DNA of 64,000 nt from a virus: positions 9,233 through 73,232 of the IMG/VR virus record IMGVR_UViG_3300005537_000023; one strand, 5' to 3'. Of the stretch, positions 8,998-18,469 are shown piece by piece; the first letter of the stretch is position 1; the number at the start of each line of letters is the position of its first letter. The translations under genes were made by a program, and so were the position numbers. The notes below the pieces were generated by a model that had not been told where the DNA came from, ran no database searches, and was given only the letters and a program-made list of their open reading frames with translations.

Positions 8998-9905
8998 AAC
9001 CGCTTGAATGGCTCGCGCTCGCGGCACTCGGCGTCGTCGGCTACTTCTTCTGGAGGAGCCGGCAGACGCAGACGACGAGTCCAGCGTGCCCCGCGCAGAC
9101 GCAACTGGACGGCTGGCTTTCGGACATCGCCACAGGCAAGATGACGACGGACGACGCCAACAAGTTGGCGCAGTCCTACGCCGGCGCGACGCCCCCGTGC
9201 ACCGACGCCGTCTCTGCCATCAACGCGGCGATCGCGGCGAAGGGCGGGATCGTCAAGGCATCCTCGCTGGCGCCAATTCACAGCGCCGCGCCGCTGGGTA
9301 AGGCCCCGCCGCCGCCAGGTGGTGTGCTGTACACGCCGCCTGGCACCCTTGTGCCGCACAGCCTGACGGATGCAGAGGCCGCCGAATTCTTCGGCGACTT
9401 CGCGGACACGGCAGGATTCCCCGGGCTGCTGACGGACTTCCTCGCGGCGAATCCAAAGCTTGCCGTGTACGCGCCGCCGGGCGGATGGCCGCCCAACACC
9501 TCGTTTCGCTACACCTACAGCGATTCCGGCACCACGGCCTACCCGGCCGGGCATGCCACGACGTTCGTTCCAACCGGCCGATTCGGCCCCGGCGACGTCC
9601 CCACGTACACGAGCACCAACCCGGCGATCACAGGCGAATGGACCTTTGCCGCGTGGGACCAGTACACCAACGACGCGCCCGGCGGTGGATACCAGCCGGC
9701 CCGAGACGCATCCGGCAAGCCCATCGCCCCGGACCCCACGCCGGCAACGTCAAGCAGCGGGCAGCGCCTCAACAACTTGGGCGTGTGGATTTGGGAGCCT
9801 GGCACCCAGGTGATGATCAAAAACAACTCGCCCGCCGCCGCATCCACCGCCGGGGTGGGCTTTGCGCCCCCGCCTCTTCTACTCGCCGCGGAGCCCTGGC
9901 AATGA
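8994..9905 (+). CDS. Membrane-anchored Pro/Thr-rich virion protein
   Basis: N-terminal TM helix WLALAALGVVGYFFW; C-terminal STAGVGFAPPPLLLAA. Confidence 0.7.
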   Translation: MKPLEWLALAALGVVGYFFWRSRQTQTTSPACPAQTQLDGWLSDIATGKMTTDDANKLAQSYAGATPPCTDAVSAINAAIAAKGGIVKASSLAPIHSAAPLGKAPPPPGGVLYTPPGTLVPHSLTDAEAAEFFGDFADTAGFPGLLTDFLAANPKLAVYAPPGGWPPNTSFRYTYSDSGTTAYPAGHATTFVPTGRFGPGDVPTYTSTNPAITGEWTFAAWDQYTNDAPGGGYQPARDASGKPIAPDPTPATSSSGQRLNNLGVWIWEPGTQVMIKNNSPAAASTAGVGFAPPPLLLAAEPWQ

Positions 9906-10330
9906 CGCGCGCCCTCATCCCCATCCCCGGCAAGGGCACCGCCCTCGCCGAAGTCGACGTCTACCAGGACGGCGAAGGCGGCGTTGTCGTCCGTGGCCGC
10001 GTCGCACACTCGCGCCAGGTGCCGCACGGGCAGGTGACGACGCTCGGCCAATTCGAGACGCGCTTTACCACCATGGAAGCGTACAACTGGACGAAGGCGC
10101 GTGCGTTTGAACGCAACCCGGCGCTGTACTCACGCGTCGTTGGCATCCTCGGTGTGGATGACGACGCGAGCCGAGCGCCCATGCTCCCGCGACTTCCTCC
10201 GCGCCGTCCGCTTCACGAGGTGGACGACGAAGGCGCGATCGTGGCCGAAGTGAAGGATGCCGAATCGCGAAACGCAGTAGCAGGCGCTCCACTTCTGCTC
10301 GCGGCGAATGATGACGATGGGAGGCGCTAA
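9902..10330 (+). CDS. Hypothetical protein
   Basis: ATGA coupling; C-terminal AVAGAPLLLAA similar to the upstream protein. Confidence 0.6.
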   Translation: MTRALIPIPGKGTALAEVDVYQDGEGGVVVRGRVAHSRQVPHGQVTTLGQFETRFTTMEAYNWTKARAFERNPALYSRVVGILGVDDDASRAPMLPRLPPRRPLHEVDDEGAIVAEVKDAESRNAVAGAPLLLAANDDDGRR

Positions 10331-11011
10331 GTGCCGTCTCCCGCCGCACGACTGAACCACCTCGGCGGAGGTGCGCAGAGCAATCTCGGCCCGAAGGCTG
10401 AGAGGCAGTTCATTGCGCGCGTGTGTCAGTCGCGCTGCCGTGACGAGTCGTACGGCCTCGTGTGCAGCGTCAACGTCAAGCTCAGTGGCAGCGTTGCGGA
10501 CGTGGCCGCAAACGACATCTCATCGGCCTTCCTCGAAGTGGACTTTGGTGGCGGCGACTCCGACGAGTCGGCGTTCGCCATGGACTTGATCAACGGAACC
10601 TCGTTCCCCGCCATCGGCGGGTGCAACGTCTTCCTCAACTATCCGAAGACGGATGCGACGCAGCCCAACATTGACGTCAGCGTGTCCGTTGGGAAGTATG
10701 AGGTTGGCGCGCAAGCCGCACTCGGCTGCCGACGCACGATCAAGGCGCGCACCGTCAACGGGACGAGCGCGATCCTGCCCATCCCCAAGTTCGCCGTCCA
10801 AGCCGTCTACGCCAACACAGCAATCGGCGTCGCTGCGGCGCAATTCGATCAACTCCGCGCGCCTGTCGTCGGCGCCGCCATCCTTTCCACACTCAACCTC
10901 GGAAAGACGCAGGCCACTAGCGTCCCGATTATCAACGGCGCGCGCGGATTCCAACTCACCGTTGCCAACTCCACCGGCGATGCCGTCATCTTCAACCTGA
11001 GCCCCGCCTAA
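10331..11011 (+). CDS. Beta-rich structural protein, paralog A (capsid/penton candidate)
   Basis: All-beta pattern; full-length similarity to 11011-11745. Confidence 0.7.
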   Translation: MPSPAARLNHLGGGAQSNLGPKAERQFIARVCQSRCRDESYGLVCSVNVKLSGSVADVAANDISSAFLEVDFGGGDSDESAFAMDLINGTSFPAIGGCNVFLNYPKTDATQPNIDVSVSVGKYEVGAQAALGCRRTIKARTVNGTSAILPIPKFAVQAVYANTAIGVAAAQFDQLRAPVVGAAILSTLNLGKTQATSVPIINGARGFQLTVANSTGDAVIFNLSPA

Positions 11012-11745
11012 TGCCCCCCGCGATCTCCCGAGTCAACCACCGCGGCGGTGCTGCCCAGTCGAACCTTGGGCCGAAGGCGGAGCGTCAATTCATCGGCCGC
11101 GTCTGCACGTCCAACAGCGACACCGGGGCGGCCAACTACGAGTCCATTGGCCTCGTCTGCTCCGTCAACGTCAAGCCCAGCACGGGCCTCACTGGCTTCG
11201 TGGACGCGGCCAACGTGGACATCTCGGACGCCTTCCTCACGATCGAATTCGGCGGCGGTGACAGCGATCTGTCCGTCTTCGACATGGACTTGGTCGACGG
11301 GGTGAGTTTCCCTGCGATCGGCCAGATCAACGTCTTTCTCAACTACCCCATCCTCGTCCAGAATCCGCAGTCGCCGGTGGTCCAACCGCCGCTCGACATC
11401 TCGATCAGCGTGGGCAAGGGCTGCGTCGGTGCACAGGCGGCCCTCGGGTGCAGGCGGACGATCAAAGTGGGCGGACTCGGAAACAACGCCGCGAGCAACG
11501 TGCTGCCGATCCCCAAATTCGCCGTGCAGGCGATCTATGCGAACACGACGATCGGCGTCGCCACCGCGCAATTCGATCAAACCATCTCGACCGCAAACGG
11601 CTCCGCCGTCATCTCGACCATTTTGCTTGGGAAGACGCAGGCGTCGTGTGTCCCGATCATCAACGGGGCGCGCGGTTTCATCGTGACGTCCACGCAGGGC
11701 GCCACGACAGGAAATGCTATCATCTTCGAGTTGTCCCCCGCATAA
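11011..11745 (+). CDS. Beta-rich structural protein, paralog B (capsid/penton candidate)
   Basis: Shares AQSNLGPKAERQFI, FGGGDSD, GAQAALGCRRTIK, LPIPKFAVQA, VPIINGARGF with paralog A. Confidence 0.7.
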   Translation: MPPAISRVNHRGGAAQSNLGPKAERQFIGRVCTSNSDTGAANYESIGLVCSVNVKPSTGLTGFVDAANVDISDAFLTIEFGGGDSDLSVFDMDLVDGVSFPAIGQINVFLNYPILVQNPQSPVVQPPLDISISVGKGCVGAQAALGCRRTIKVGGLGNNAASNVLPIPKFAVQAIYANTTIGVATAQFDQTISTANGSAVISTILLGKTQASCVPIINGARGFIVTSTQGATTGNAIIFELSPA

Positions 11746-11759
11746 AGGAGATTCACGTC

Positions 11760-12869
11760 ATGGCCTTGTCTACTGGTGCAAAGATCGCGATCGGCGGAGC
11801 CGCGGCGCTCGCCGCGTACTTCCTGCTCGCCGGCACCTCCAAGGCCGCAACGGTGGATCCTCACGTTGCCGGCCAGTCAGCCGGCTGTGCGGACGGCAAG
11901 CGAGACGCACTCGCCGGCCAGGATCCCCTCGGCGCCGCCGACGTCACGGGATCGGCGACGATCACCGCGCAGGCCAACGCCAGCGGCGATCCCGTCGCGT
12001 ACCTCGATGGGTACATGAGTGGCTACAACCAGTGCTACTCGGCCAACAAGCCAGCGGCGCCCGTTGGCCCGTCCAAGGGGCCGGCCGCGAAGAAGCCGAC
12101 GGGGCCGAGTGCCCCGCCTGGTGCAGACAAGCCCGGCGCGATGGACGCGTATGGCAAGGGCTGCTTTCAGGGCGCGAAAGACGGCTACAACGACGGCCTC
12201 GGCGGCAACAGCAGTCGACCGCATCCGTCGGACTACGCCAGTGGCAACCCCACGGCATTCGCCGCCGGCTATCGTCGCGCGTACTCCACGGCGTACAGCA
12301 ACGGGAACTTCGGCTATCAGGCCGCGATCGATGCCGGCTTCCCGCCGGATGAGGCCGCGTCCACCGCGCTCGGCGCTGCCGATCCGACGTACCCGGACAC
12401 CGTGGCCTCGGGCTGCGATGGGTACTTCGACGGCTGGTGGAGCGCGACGACGGGCACCGGCGGCATCGAGGGCTTCTTCCAGAAGATTGAGGTGGGCGGG
12501 ATCGCTCTCGTGGGCATGCGTCGTCCTCGCATGGTGGTGCAGCGACTGGCGCCGCAACCGCTTGGATCCACCGCATGCCGTAAGGGTGCCGCGGATGGAT
12601 GGCGGTACGGGTGGGATCACGGCGACGCCAGCAGTATGGCCGGCACCGTTGGGAGCGATGACTACGCGCGCGCATTCAGGCTCGCGTCCAAGGAAGCCGC
12701 CAGCGTCGTTGCGAGCAACCCAATGCTTCCTGGCACCCCCCCGCCCATTCCGATGGACGTCCTGAATCGAGTGCTTGCTCAGTGCAGCACGCTCGGCACC
12801 GTCGCCCCTCATCCGCTCGGCTGGCCTGCGCCCCCGCCGGGATCGTCCCGCATCTACCGGAGCTATTGA
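11760..12869 (+). CDS. Membrane-anchored protein with repeated C..G..DG...Y..GY...Y modules
   Basis: AAGGAG RBS; N-terminal TM helix; three related Gly/Tyr modules. Confidence 0.7.
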   Translation: MALSTGAKIAIGGAAALAAYFLLAGTSKAATVDPHVAGQSAGCADGKRDALAGQDPLGAADVTGSATITAQANASGDPVAYLDGYMSGYNQCYSANKPAAPVGPSKGPAAKKPTGPSAPPGADKPGAMDAYGKGCFQGAKDGYNDGLGGNSSRPHPSDYASGNPTAFAAGYRRAYSTAYSNGNFGYQAAIDAGFPPDEAASTALGAADPTYPDTVASGCDGYFDGWWSATTGTGGIEGFFQKIEVGGIALVGMRRPRMVVQRLAPQPLGSTACRKGAADGWRYGWDHGDASSMAGTVGSDDYARAFRLASKEAASVVASNPMLPGTPPPIPMDVLNRVLAQCSTLGTVAPHPLGWPAPPPGSSRIYRSY

Positions 12870-12871
12870 TC

Positions 12872-13534
12872 ATGTCGACCAAGATCCTTTCGTTTCGTCC
12901 CCGCGCTGCCCTTCTGCCCGTGCCGCAGCCGAAGCCGCTTGTTCGCGTTGGGGCAACCGCTCCGGCGCCCGGCCCTTCGATGACGGATCAGGCCCTCACC
13001 ACGATCGGTGGCCCCAACTACTCCACGGAGGTGACGCTTGGCACCGCGGCCGGCGCCGTTGCCGGCTTCTTCGGCGGCGGCTGGCTGTGGAGCCTCCTCG
13101 GCGGCATCGGCGCGAACCTCGGCGGCCGGTACTTCGCGCAATCGCAGTGCGCGAAGAACGGCGGCGCGAAGTGCGCAACCCAGCCCGCGCAGGGTGGCTC
13201 GGCGCCGGCCGGAAGCGGCGGATCGATCGCCAAGGCGGCGGACGGATCCATGTCCATCTCTGTCGATCCGATGGTGGACGCCGTATTCTCGGACAACACC
13301 ACGGCGCCCGTCCCAGCCGGCGCTGTCCTCGCTGGCCGCACGGCGCATCTGCTGACGCCGTCGGGCTTCGGCCTCGATGCACTCGTCGTCGGCTATGACA
13401 ACTCCTCGGATGGCGTTGCGCTGCAACTCGCGAAGCTGCCCGACGGCACGCCGACGCCCCTGATCGCCCTCCTCGGTGGTGGCGGCCCGTCCACCTTCGC
13501 CATCCACCGCAGCAAACTGCAATCGGTTGCGTGA
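12872..13534 (+). CDS. RPR/VG-leader membrane protein (glycine-zipper helices)
   Basis: MSTKILSFRPRAALLPVPQPKPLVRVGA then GxxxG helices. Confidence 0.7.
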   Translation: MSTKILSFRPRAALLPVPQPKPLVRVGATAPAPGPSMTDQALTTIGGPNYSTEVTLGTAAGAVAGFFGGGWLWSLLGGIGANLGGRYFAQSQCAKNGGAKCATQPAQGGSAPAGSGGSIAKAADGSMSISVDPMVDAVFSDNTTAPVPAGAVLAGRTAHLLTPSGFGLDALVVGYDNSSDGVALQLAKLPDGTPTPLIALLGGGGPSTFAIHRSKLQSVA

Positions 13535-13740
13535 TGGGCTTCGTCACCGTTCGGCCGCGCCTATGTCTCACGCAGTCACCGCCGCCGGTGGTGAGGGTGG
13601 GAGACATGAGCTACGACAACACCAAGTCGCAGGTGCCGGCCGCGGGAGACTCCTCGTGGTGGATGCCGCTGGCTGCCGTAGGCCTGATCGGCGTCATCGT
13701 CCTCTTCGTCGTCTACGGCCACAAGTCAGGATGGACGTGA
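13534..13740 (+). CDS. RPR/VG-leader small membrane protein
   Basis: MGFVTVRPRLCLTQSPPPVVRVGD; C-terminal TM helix. Confidence 0.7.
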   Translation: MGFVTVRPRLCLTQSPPPVVRVGDMSYDNTKSQVPAAGDSSWWMPLAAVGLIGVIVLFVVYGHKSGWT

Positions 13741-14024
13741 TGCAATTCCTATCCACGAGGCCTCGCCTGGCGATTGCGGCGCCGACGCCGCGCGCAACCG
13801 TTCGCGTCGGCGCAATGGATCCGGTGCTGGCGGTAGAAACCTTCTACAGCGATCAGTGGTCGCGGCGTACCGTCGGCAGCTACGCACTGATCGGCGGCAT
13901 CCTCGGCGGTGGAGCCATCGCTGGATACCTCCTCGGGGGTAGCGTGGGGTGGGCGATCGGTGGTGCCGCGATCACTGGCGTGGCCGTGCCGGCCGCGATT
14001 GTGTATCTCGGATCCGCGAAATGA
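13740..14024 (+). CDS. RPR/VG-leader small membrane protein
   Basis: MQFLSTRPRLAIAAPTPRATVRVGA; two Gly-rich TM helices. Confidence 0.7.
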   Translation: MQFLSTRPRLAIAAPTPRATVRVGAMDPVLAVETFYSDQWSRRTVGSYALIGGILGGGAIAGYLLGGSVGWAIGGAAITGVAVPAAIVYLGSAK

Positions 14025-14030
14025 GACGCG

Positions 14031-15464
14031 ATGCTTTCCATCCGCCCCCGCGCAACCGTCACCGTCAAGCGCCGCGTGTCCGTCGGCGCGGCGGGGTGCA
14101 ACTGCGGCAGCAGTAGCGCCGTCAACGTCATGCGCGCGCTCGGCATGACGACGGCGGCGAGGATGCACGGGAAGACGGCCAAGGCGTCGGAGTGGACGGC
14201 GGACGATTGGCGGAAGCACATTGCCGAGGAAAGGACGATCCTTTTCCCGGCGCTGCTCGCCGTGGGTGCGCCAGCGGACGTCATCGCGTCCCTAGACATC
14301 GATCACTCGCTGTACCTCGCCCTCCTCGACGCGGGCCACCCGCTGCCCACGGGCGCGATGGCGCACTCGGTCGACCGGCATGGGAAGATCGAGGACGAGT
14401 TGGTGGAGAAGTACGCCAAGGCGCTGCTTGCGCGCGCGGGCAAGACGTCCGTGTCGGGCGCCGATCACGCCCTAGTGGTCGTTGCGCCGGAATCGGCATT
14501 TTCCGACAGCGCAATCACCAACTACATCGGTTCGCTACAGGATGTTATCGACGCCTCGATCACGACGGACGAGGACGACGCGAAGGCGAAGACGGCGGAC
14601 GCGCGGAAGAAGTACACCGGATGGGCTAGTTCGGTGGCCGGCTTCGCAGGTGGCCCGGCCGCCGCCAAGGTTGCCGGGGACTGGGCAGGGACTGTCTTCG
14701 ACGCTGGCCGGTGGATCGCCTCTACATTCGGGCCTGACGATCTGAAAGACGCCAACACCGACGATCAGAAATCTCGGATGCGCGATCGCGTAACCGTCAT
14801 GCTGAAAAAGGGCCTGCCGCCGCACGGCTTCGATGCCGGCGAGGAGATGGGGGCCAGGGACGTGGCAGACGTCATTGATGACGATCTGTCCATCGTTGCC
14901 GCCGTCTCGCCTCATGGCGAGGGCGACGCCATCGCGGCAGCAATCACCAACGCGTTGAAGGGCCAGGGTGATGCGTCCGCCGCAGTGGCCAAACTGTTCG
15001 CCGCGCTGGCCATCGTGCGCACCGACACGCGGCGCACGATGTGGGGCGGCGCCACCGCGACGTACCTTATCGATCAGGCCGGCAAGATGAGGCCCGGCAC
15101 GGACGATTGGCAAGTCACCCACCCCGAGGTGGAGATTGTGGCGGCCGCGTTTGCGGCCAACCGGCACATCCCATTGGCCACAGCGATCAGCGCCGCCTAT
15201 GACGCGCTGAATACGTACGCGTCCCGGCGGAATCTGACCAACCGAAACGATTTTCTTGGGCCCGCCTACCACCCGCGCGATCCGCAAGTGACGGACGACA
15301 TTGCGCGGTGGTACAACAAGTACGGCCGCGCGGACGCAATCATCGACGTGTGGGACACGCTGTCCATGCGATTCCCCGCCAAAGCATCGGCGGCGGCAAC
15401 CTCCGCGGCCGGATACCTCGCTGCCCTCGCCCTCGCCGGGTACCTCGCATGGAGGCTCGCATGA
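14031..15464 (+). CDS. RPR/VG-leader protein with hemerythrin-like domain and C-terminal TM anchor
   Basis: MLSIRPRATVTVKRRVSVGA; HIAEERTILFPAL...DH...HGKIED; C-terminal GYLAALALAGYLAWRLA. Confidence 0.65.
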   Translation: MLSIRPRATVTVKRRVSVGAAGCNCGSSSAVNVMRALGMTTAARMHGKTAKASEWTADDWRKHIAEERTILFPALLAVGAPADVIASLDIDHSLYLALLDAGHPLPTGAMAHSVDRHGKIEDELVEKYAKALLARAGKTSVSGADHALVVVAPESAFSDSAITNYIGSLQDVIDASITTDEDDAKAKTADARKKYTGWASSVAGFAGGPAAAKVAGDWAGTVFDAGRWIASTFGPDDLKDANTDDQKSRMRDRVTVMLKKGLPPHGFDAGEEMGARDVADVIDDDLSIVAAVSPHGEGDAIAAAITNALKGQGDASAAVAKLFAALAIVRTDTRRTMWGGATATYLIDQAGKMRPGTDDWQVTHPEVEIVAAAFAANRHIPLATAISAAYDALNTYASRRNLTNRNDFLGPAYHPRDPQVTDDIARWYNKYGRADAIIDVWDTLSMRFPAKASAAATSAAGYLAALALAGYLAWRLA

Positions 15465-15679
15465 GCAAAGCCTACAAGTGCGACGGCTGCGAAGGCTTTT
15501 TCGACGGCGAGCCCACCGGCGGCGTTGTCACGCGCGATGGCGTCAAGGAGTGCTGCTCGCCGGAATGTTTCCTGACGCTCCAGAAACGCATTGACGTTTG
15601 CACGCTTGGGGAGTTGGATGAGCTTCGCCGCCGCGACACTCTTCCGGCGCCGCCTGACTCGGACAAGAAAGCGAACTAG
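15461..15679 (+). CDS. Small zinc-finger (TRASH/MYM-like) protein
   Basis: YKCDGC...CCSPEC; GGAGG RBS. Confidence 0.65.
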   Translation: MSKAYKCDGCEGFFDGEPTGGVVTRDGVKECCSPECFLTLQKRIDVCTLGELDELRRRDTLPAPPDSDKKAN

Positions 15680-15683
15680 ACAC

Positions 15684-15959
15684 ATGAAAAGCGCCATCAA
15701 ACTTTGCGTCATCCTTCCGTTTTTCGCCATCGGTTGCCAGTCGTGGGCGCAGAGCCATCCCCAAGAGGTGACGGACGCGAAGGATCTCACCGTGTGCATC
15801 TTCGAGGGCGCGATCAGCGGGCTTTCCCCCGAGGTGATCGCCGTGAAGTGCGGCGGTCTTGCGGTGGAAGACGTGCTGACGATCCTCAGCGAGGGCGACA
15901 AGTTCGCGCAGTACAAGGCGGCGCGAGAGAAGTCGGCCGTGGACAAGGCGGCGCCGTAG
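15684..15959 (+). CDS. Small lipoprotein
   Basis: MKSAIKLCVILPFFAIGC lipobox-like signal. Confidence 0.65.
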   Translation: MKSAIKLCVILPFFAIGCQSWAQSHPQEVTDAKDLTVCIFEGAISGLSPEVIAVKCGGLAVEDVLTILSEGDKFAQYKAAREKSAVDKAAP

Positions 15960-15961
15960 CC

Positions 15962-17764
15962 ATGCGCTTCTACGTCGCCAGCGCCTCCACCCTCATCATC
16001 GATCCGGCCGCGTTGCCGATGATCGTGCAGGCGGTGGACCGGCAACTGATCGACGATGCTGGACCCGCGTGGGGCCATTACGGCAACGTCTTCTTCGTCG
16101 AGTCCGTGAGTGACATTCCGAAGGACGCCGTGCCGATTGTCGTTTACGACGACGCCGATCAAGCCGGCGCGCTAGGCTGGCACACGGAGGAGTTGGGCGT
16201 CTTCTTCGGACGTATTTTCGTCCGCCCCGTGCTGGACAACGGCGGCGATCTCTACTCCAACCCGGCGCTCTCGCTCTCGTCCGTCATCTCGCACGAGGTG
16301 TTGGAGACGCTGATCGATCCCACAGTGAGCGATTGGAGCCAGCGGGCGGATGGGACGTTGGTGGCGAGTGAGGTGTGCCTTACTGGTGACACGGAAATCC
16401 CTCTACTGGACGGCACCGCGAGAACGATCGAGAGTCTCAGCGGCGAGCAATCATTTTGGGTATACAGCTGCACGCCTGACGGGCGAATAGTCCCGGGCAA
16501 GGGCCACTCGGCACGAAAAACCAGGGAGAACGCCGAGATCGTTGAGGTTGAGTTGGATAACGGCGCCACCGTAAAGTGTACCGCGGACCATCCGTTCATG
16601 CTGCGCGATGGAAGTTACGCGCTGGCCGGGAGTCTTGGACCTGGCACATCTCTGATGCCGCTGTACCGGCGCAAGCAGAAGATAACCGGCGGCAACGACT
16701 ATGAGCAGGTACTCGTCCCGTCGACGGAGACGTGGGAGTTTACCCACCGCATCACCTCGGATGAATGCCCGCGCGGCTACGTCAGGCATCACGTTGACTT
16801 CAACCGATTCAACAATGAGCCTACGAATCTCCGAGTGATGCGTGCCAACGAACACATCGCACTGCACGGAAACTACGCCAAGCATCTCTGGGAGCTTGGA
16901 AAGCATGGCTGGTTGAAACCGGCTAGCCCGGAAAAGAAGGCGCGCGACGCGGCGAGATTTGCAGCGTACAACAAGACTCAGAAGCACAGAGACGAGGTAC
17001 GCGAGGTGGGCAGGAAGGCCATGCGCGCGCTGTGGGAGAAGCCTGGGTTCAGGGAGCACCACTCCGCGCGCGGCCGACGAATCATGGACGCGTACAATGC
17101 TTCGGAGGCGCAGGCGGCGGCGCACGCTAGATTCCTGGCGGATCCGGAACGACGGGCGGCGTGGAGAGCCAACATCGCGCGGTCGCAGAATGCACCGCAT
17201 CTGAAAAAACTGCACTCGGAAACAGGGAAGCGGGTGCAGGGACAGCGCAGTCCAGAGTACAAGAGCCGACTGAGTCAGTTTGCAATGCATACCAGGTGGC
17301 ATGAGCGTGGTAACCGAACGTCGGATAAATGCGAATTCTGCAAGATCGCGGCGTCTCCGCTAACGAATCACAAGGTTGTGGCGGTTCGCAAAGCTGGCAG
17401 ATCCGACGTATGGGACATCACGGTTGACGTGCACAACAACTTCGCCGTAAGCGCCGGCGTTTTCGTCCACAACTGCGATCCAGTCGAAAGCGACGCATAC
17501 CCCATCGCCGTCCTCGACAAGCCAGTGATGGTGTCCAACTTCGTCCTCCCCGCGTGGTTCGACGCGCAGGCATCGCAAGGGCCGTTCGACAAGATGGGCA
17601 AGCTCACCGCGCCTTTCACGATGACGCCCGGTGGCTACCTCGTGACGATGGTGGCCGGCCCTTCGTCCGAAGAAGGCGCGCGGCAGGTGGGCAGGCAACA
17701 GGCGCGCGCGGCGGCAGGACGCAGCGGCAAGCGGCGCAGCAGTGGCCGCATGACGTGGACGTGA
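15962..17764 (+). CDS. Putative zinc metallopeptidase-like protein (HExxE) containing an intein
   Basis: GALGWHT...SHEVLETLIDP...EV[intein]CDPVE...VSNFVLPAWF. Confidence 0.75.
   Translation: MRFYVASASTLIIDPAALPMIVQAVDRQLIDDAGPAWGHYGNVFFVESVSDIPKDAVPIVVYDDADQAGALGWHTEELGVFFGRIFVRPVLDNGGDLYSNPALSLSSVISHEVLETLIDPTVSDWSQRADGTLVASEVCLTGDTEIPLLDGTARTIESLSGEQSFWVYSCTPDGRIVPGKGHSARKTRENAEIVEVELDNGATVKCTADHPFMLRDGSYALAGSLGPGTSLMPLYRRKQKITGGNDYEQVLVPSTETWEFTHRITSDECPRGYVRHHVDFNRFNNEPTNLRVMRANEHIALHGNYAKHLWELGKHGWLKPASPEKKARDAARFAAYNKTQKHRDEVREVGRKAMRALWEKPGFREHHSARGRRIMDAYNASEAQAAAHARFLADPERRAAWRANIARSQNAPHLKKLHSETGKRVQGQRSPEYKSRLSQFAMHTRWHERGNRTSDKCEFCKIAASPLTNHKVVAVRKAGRSDVWDITVDVHNNFAVSAGVFVHNCDPVESDAYPIAVLDKPVMVSNFVLPAWFDAQASQGPFDKMGKLTAPFTMTPGGYLVTMVAGPSSEEGARQVGRQQARAAAGRSGKRRSSGRMTWT
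16376..17473 (+). mobile_element. Intein (366 aa) with HNH homing endonuclease
   Basis: Block A CLTGDTEI, block B CTADHPF, HNH RHHVDFNRFNNEPTNL, blocks F/G VWDITVDVHNNFAVSAGVFVHN followed by +1 Cys. Confidence 0.93.
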
Positions 17765-17767
17765 CGC

Positions 17768-18460
17768 ATGGAGAGTTGGTGGGGCTACATCGGCGGCGCG
17801 GCGTTGACGCTCGCCATCTTCGCGTGGTGGCGAAAGGGCCATGCCTCGCCTGCGTCCGGCCCCGCGCTTGACACGAGCGGCGGAAAGGCGCCGCCATGGT
17901 GGACGCCCGCGGACTACAAGGCGCTCGCCGCGACGTCCGCGCGCCTAGGCATCAACCCGGCCAACCTTCTCGCCATCATGCGCAGCGAGTCCGGGCTCAA
18001 CCCGTCGGCGATGTATCCAGGCGGCATCGCGCGCGGCCTCACACAAATCACTGAAGCCGGGCGCGCGTCCGCTGGCCTATCTGAGTCCGACTTCGAGGAC
18101 TTCCAGAATTGGTCAATCCAAGAGCAGTTGCCGCGCATCGAGAAGTACATGCGGGAGGAGTTCGCTGGCTCGCCTCCGCAGACGGCTGGCGGCTTATACG
18201 CGTACAACTTCCTCCCTGCCTACGCGCGCGAAAAGGGCACGGCGCCGGATACGGTGCTCGCGAGCGTGGAGGACTTCCCCGCTGATTCCGCGCTGGACTA
18301 TGACGACGACGGCCAGTACGAAGTACGCGATCTTTCCAACCGCCTCGCCCGCTACGGTGCGCGGAAGGATGACGGCTCGCCTGTAGACACGCTCTACTTG
18401 GGCGCCTTGCAGGGCCTTCGCGACGCCACCGGGGATCAGTCCATCTCGCCGGTGTGGTAA
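17768..18460 (+). CDS. Membrane-anchored lytic transglycosylase (SLT-like)
   Basis: N-terminal TM helix; LLAIMRSESGLNPSA...ARGLTQI. Confidence 0.8.
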   Translation: MESWWGYIGGAALTLAIFAWWRKGHASPASGPALDTSGGKAPPWWTPADYKALAATSARLGINPANLLAIMRSESGLNPSAMYPGGIARGLTQITEAGRASAGLSESDFEDFQNWSIQEQLPRIEKYMREEFAGSPPQTAGGLYAYNFLPAYAREKGTAPDTVLASVEDFPADSALDYDDDGQYEVRDLSNRLARYGARKDDGSPVDTLYLGALQGLRDATGDQSISPVW

Positions 18461-18469
18461 GAAAGGCGC

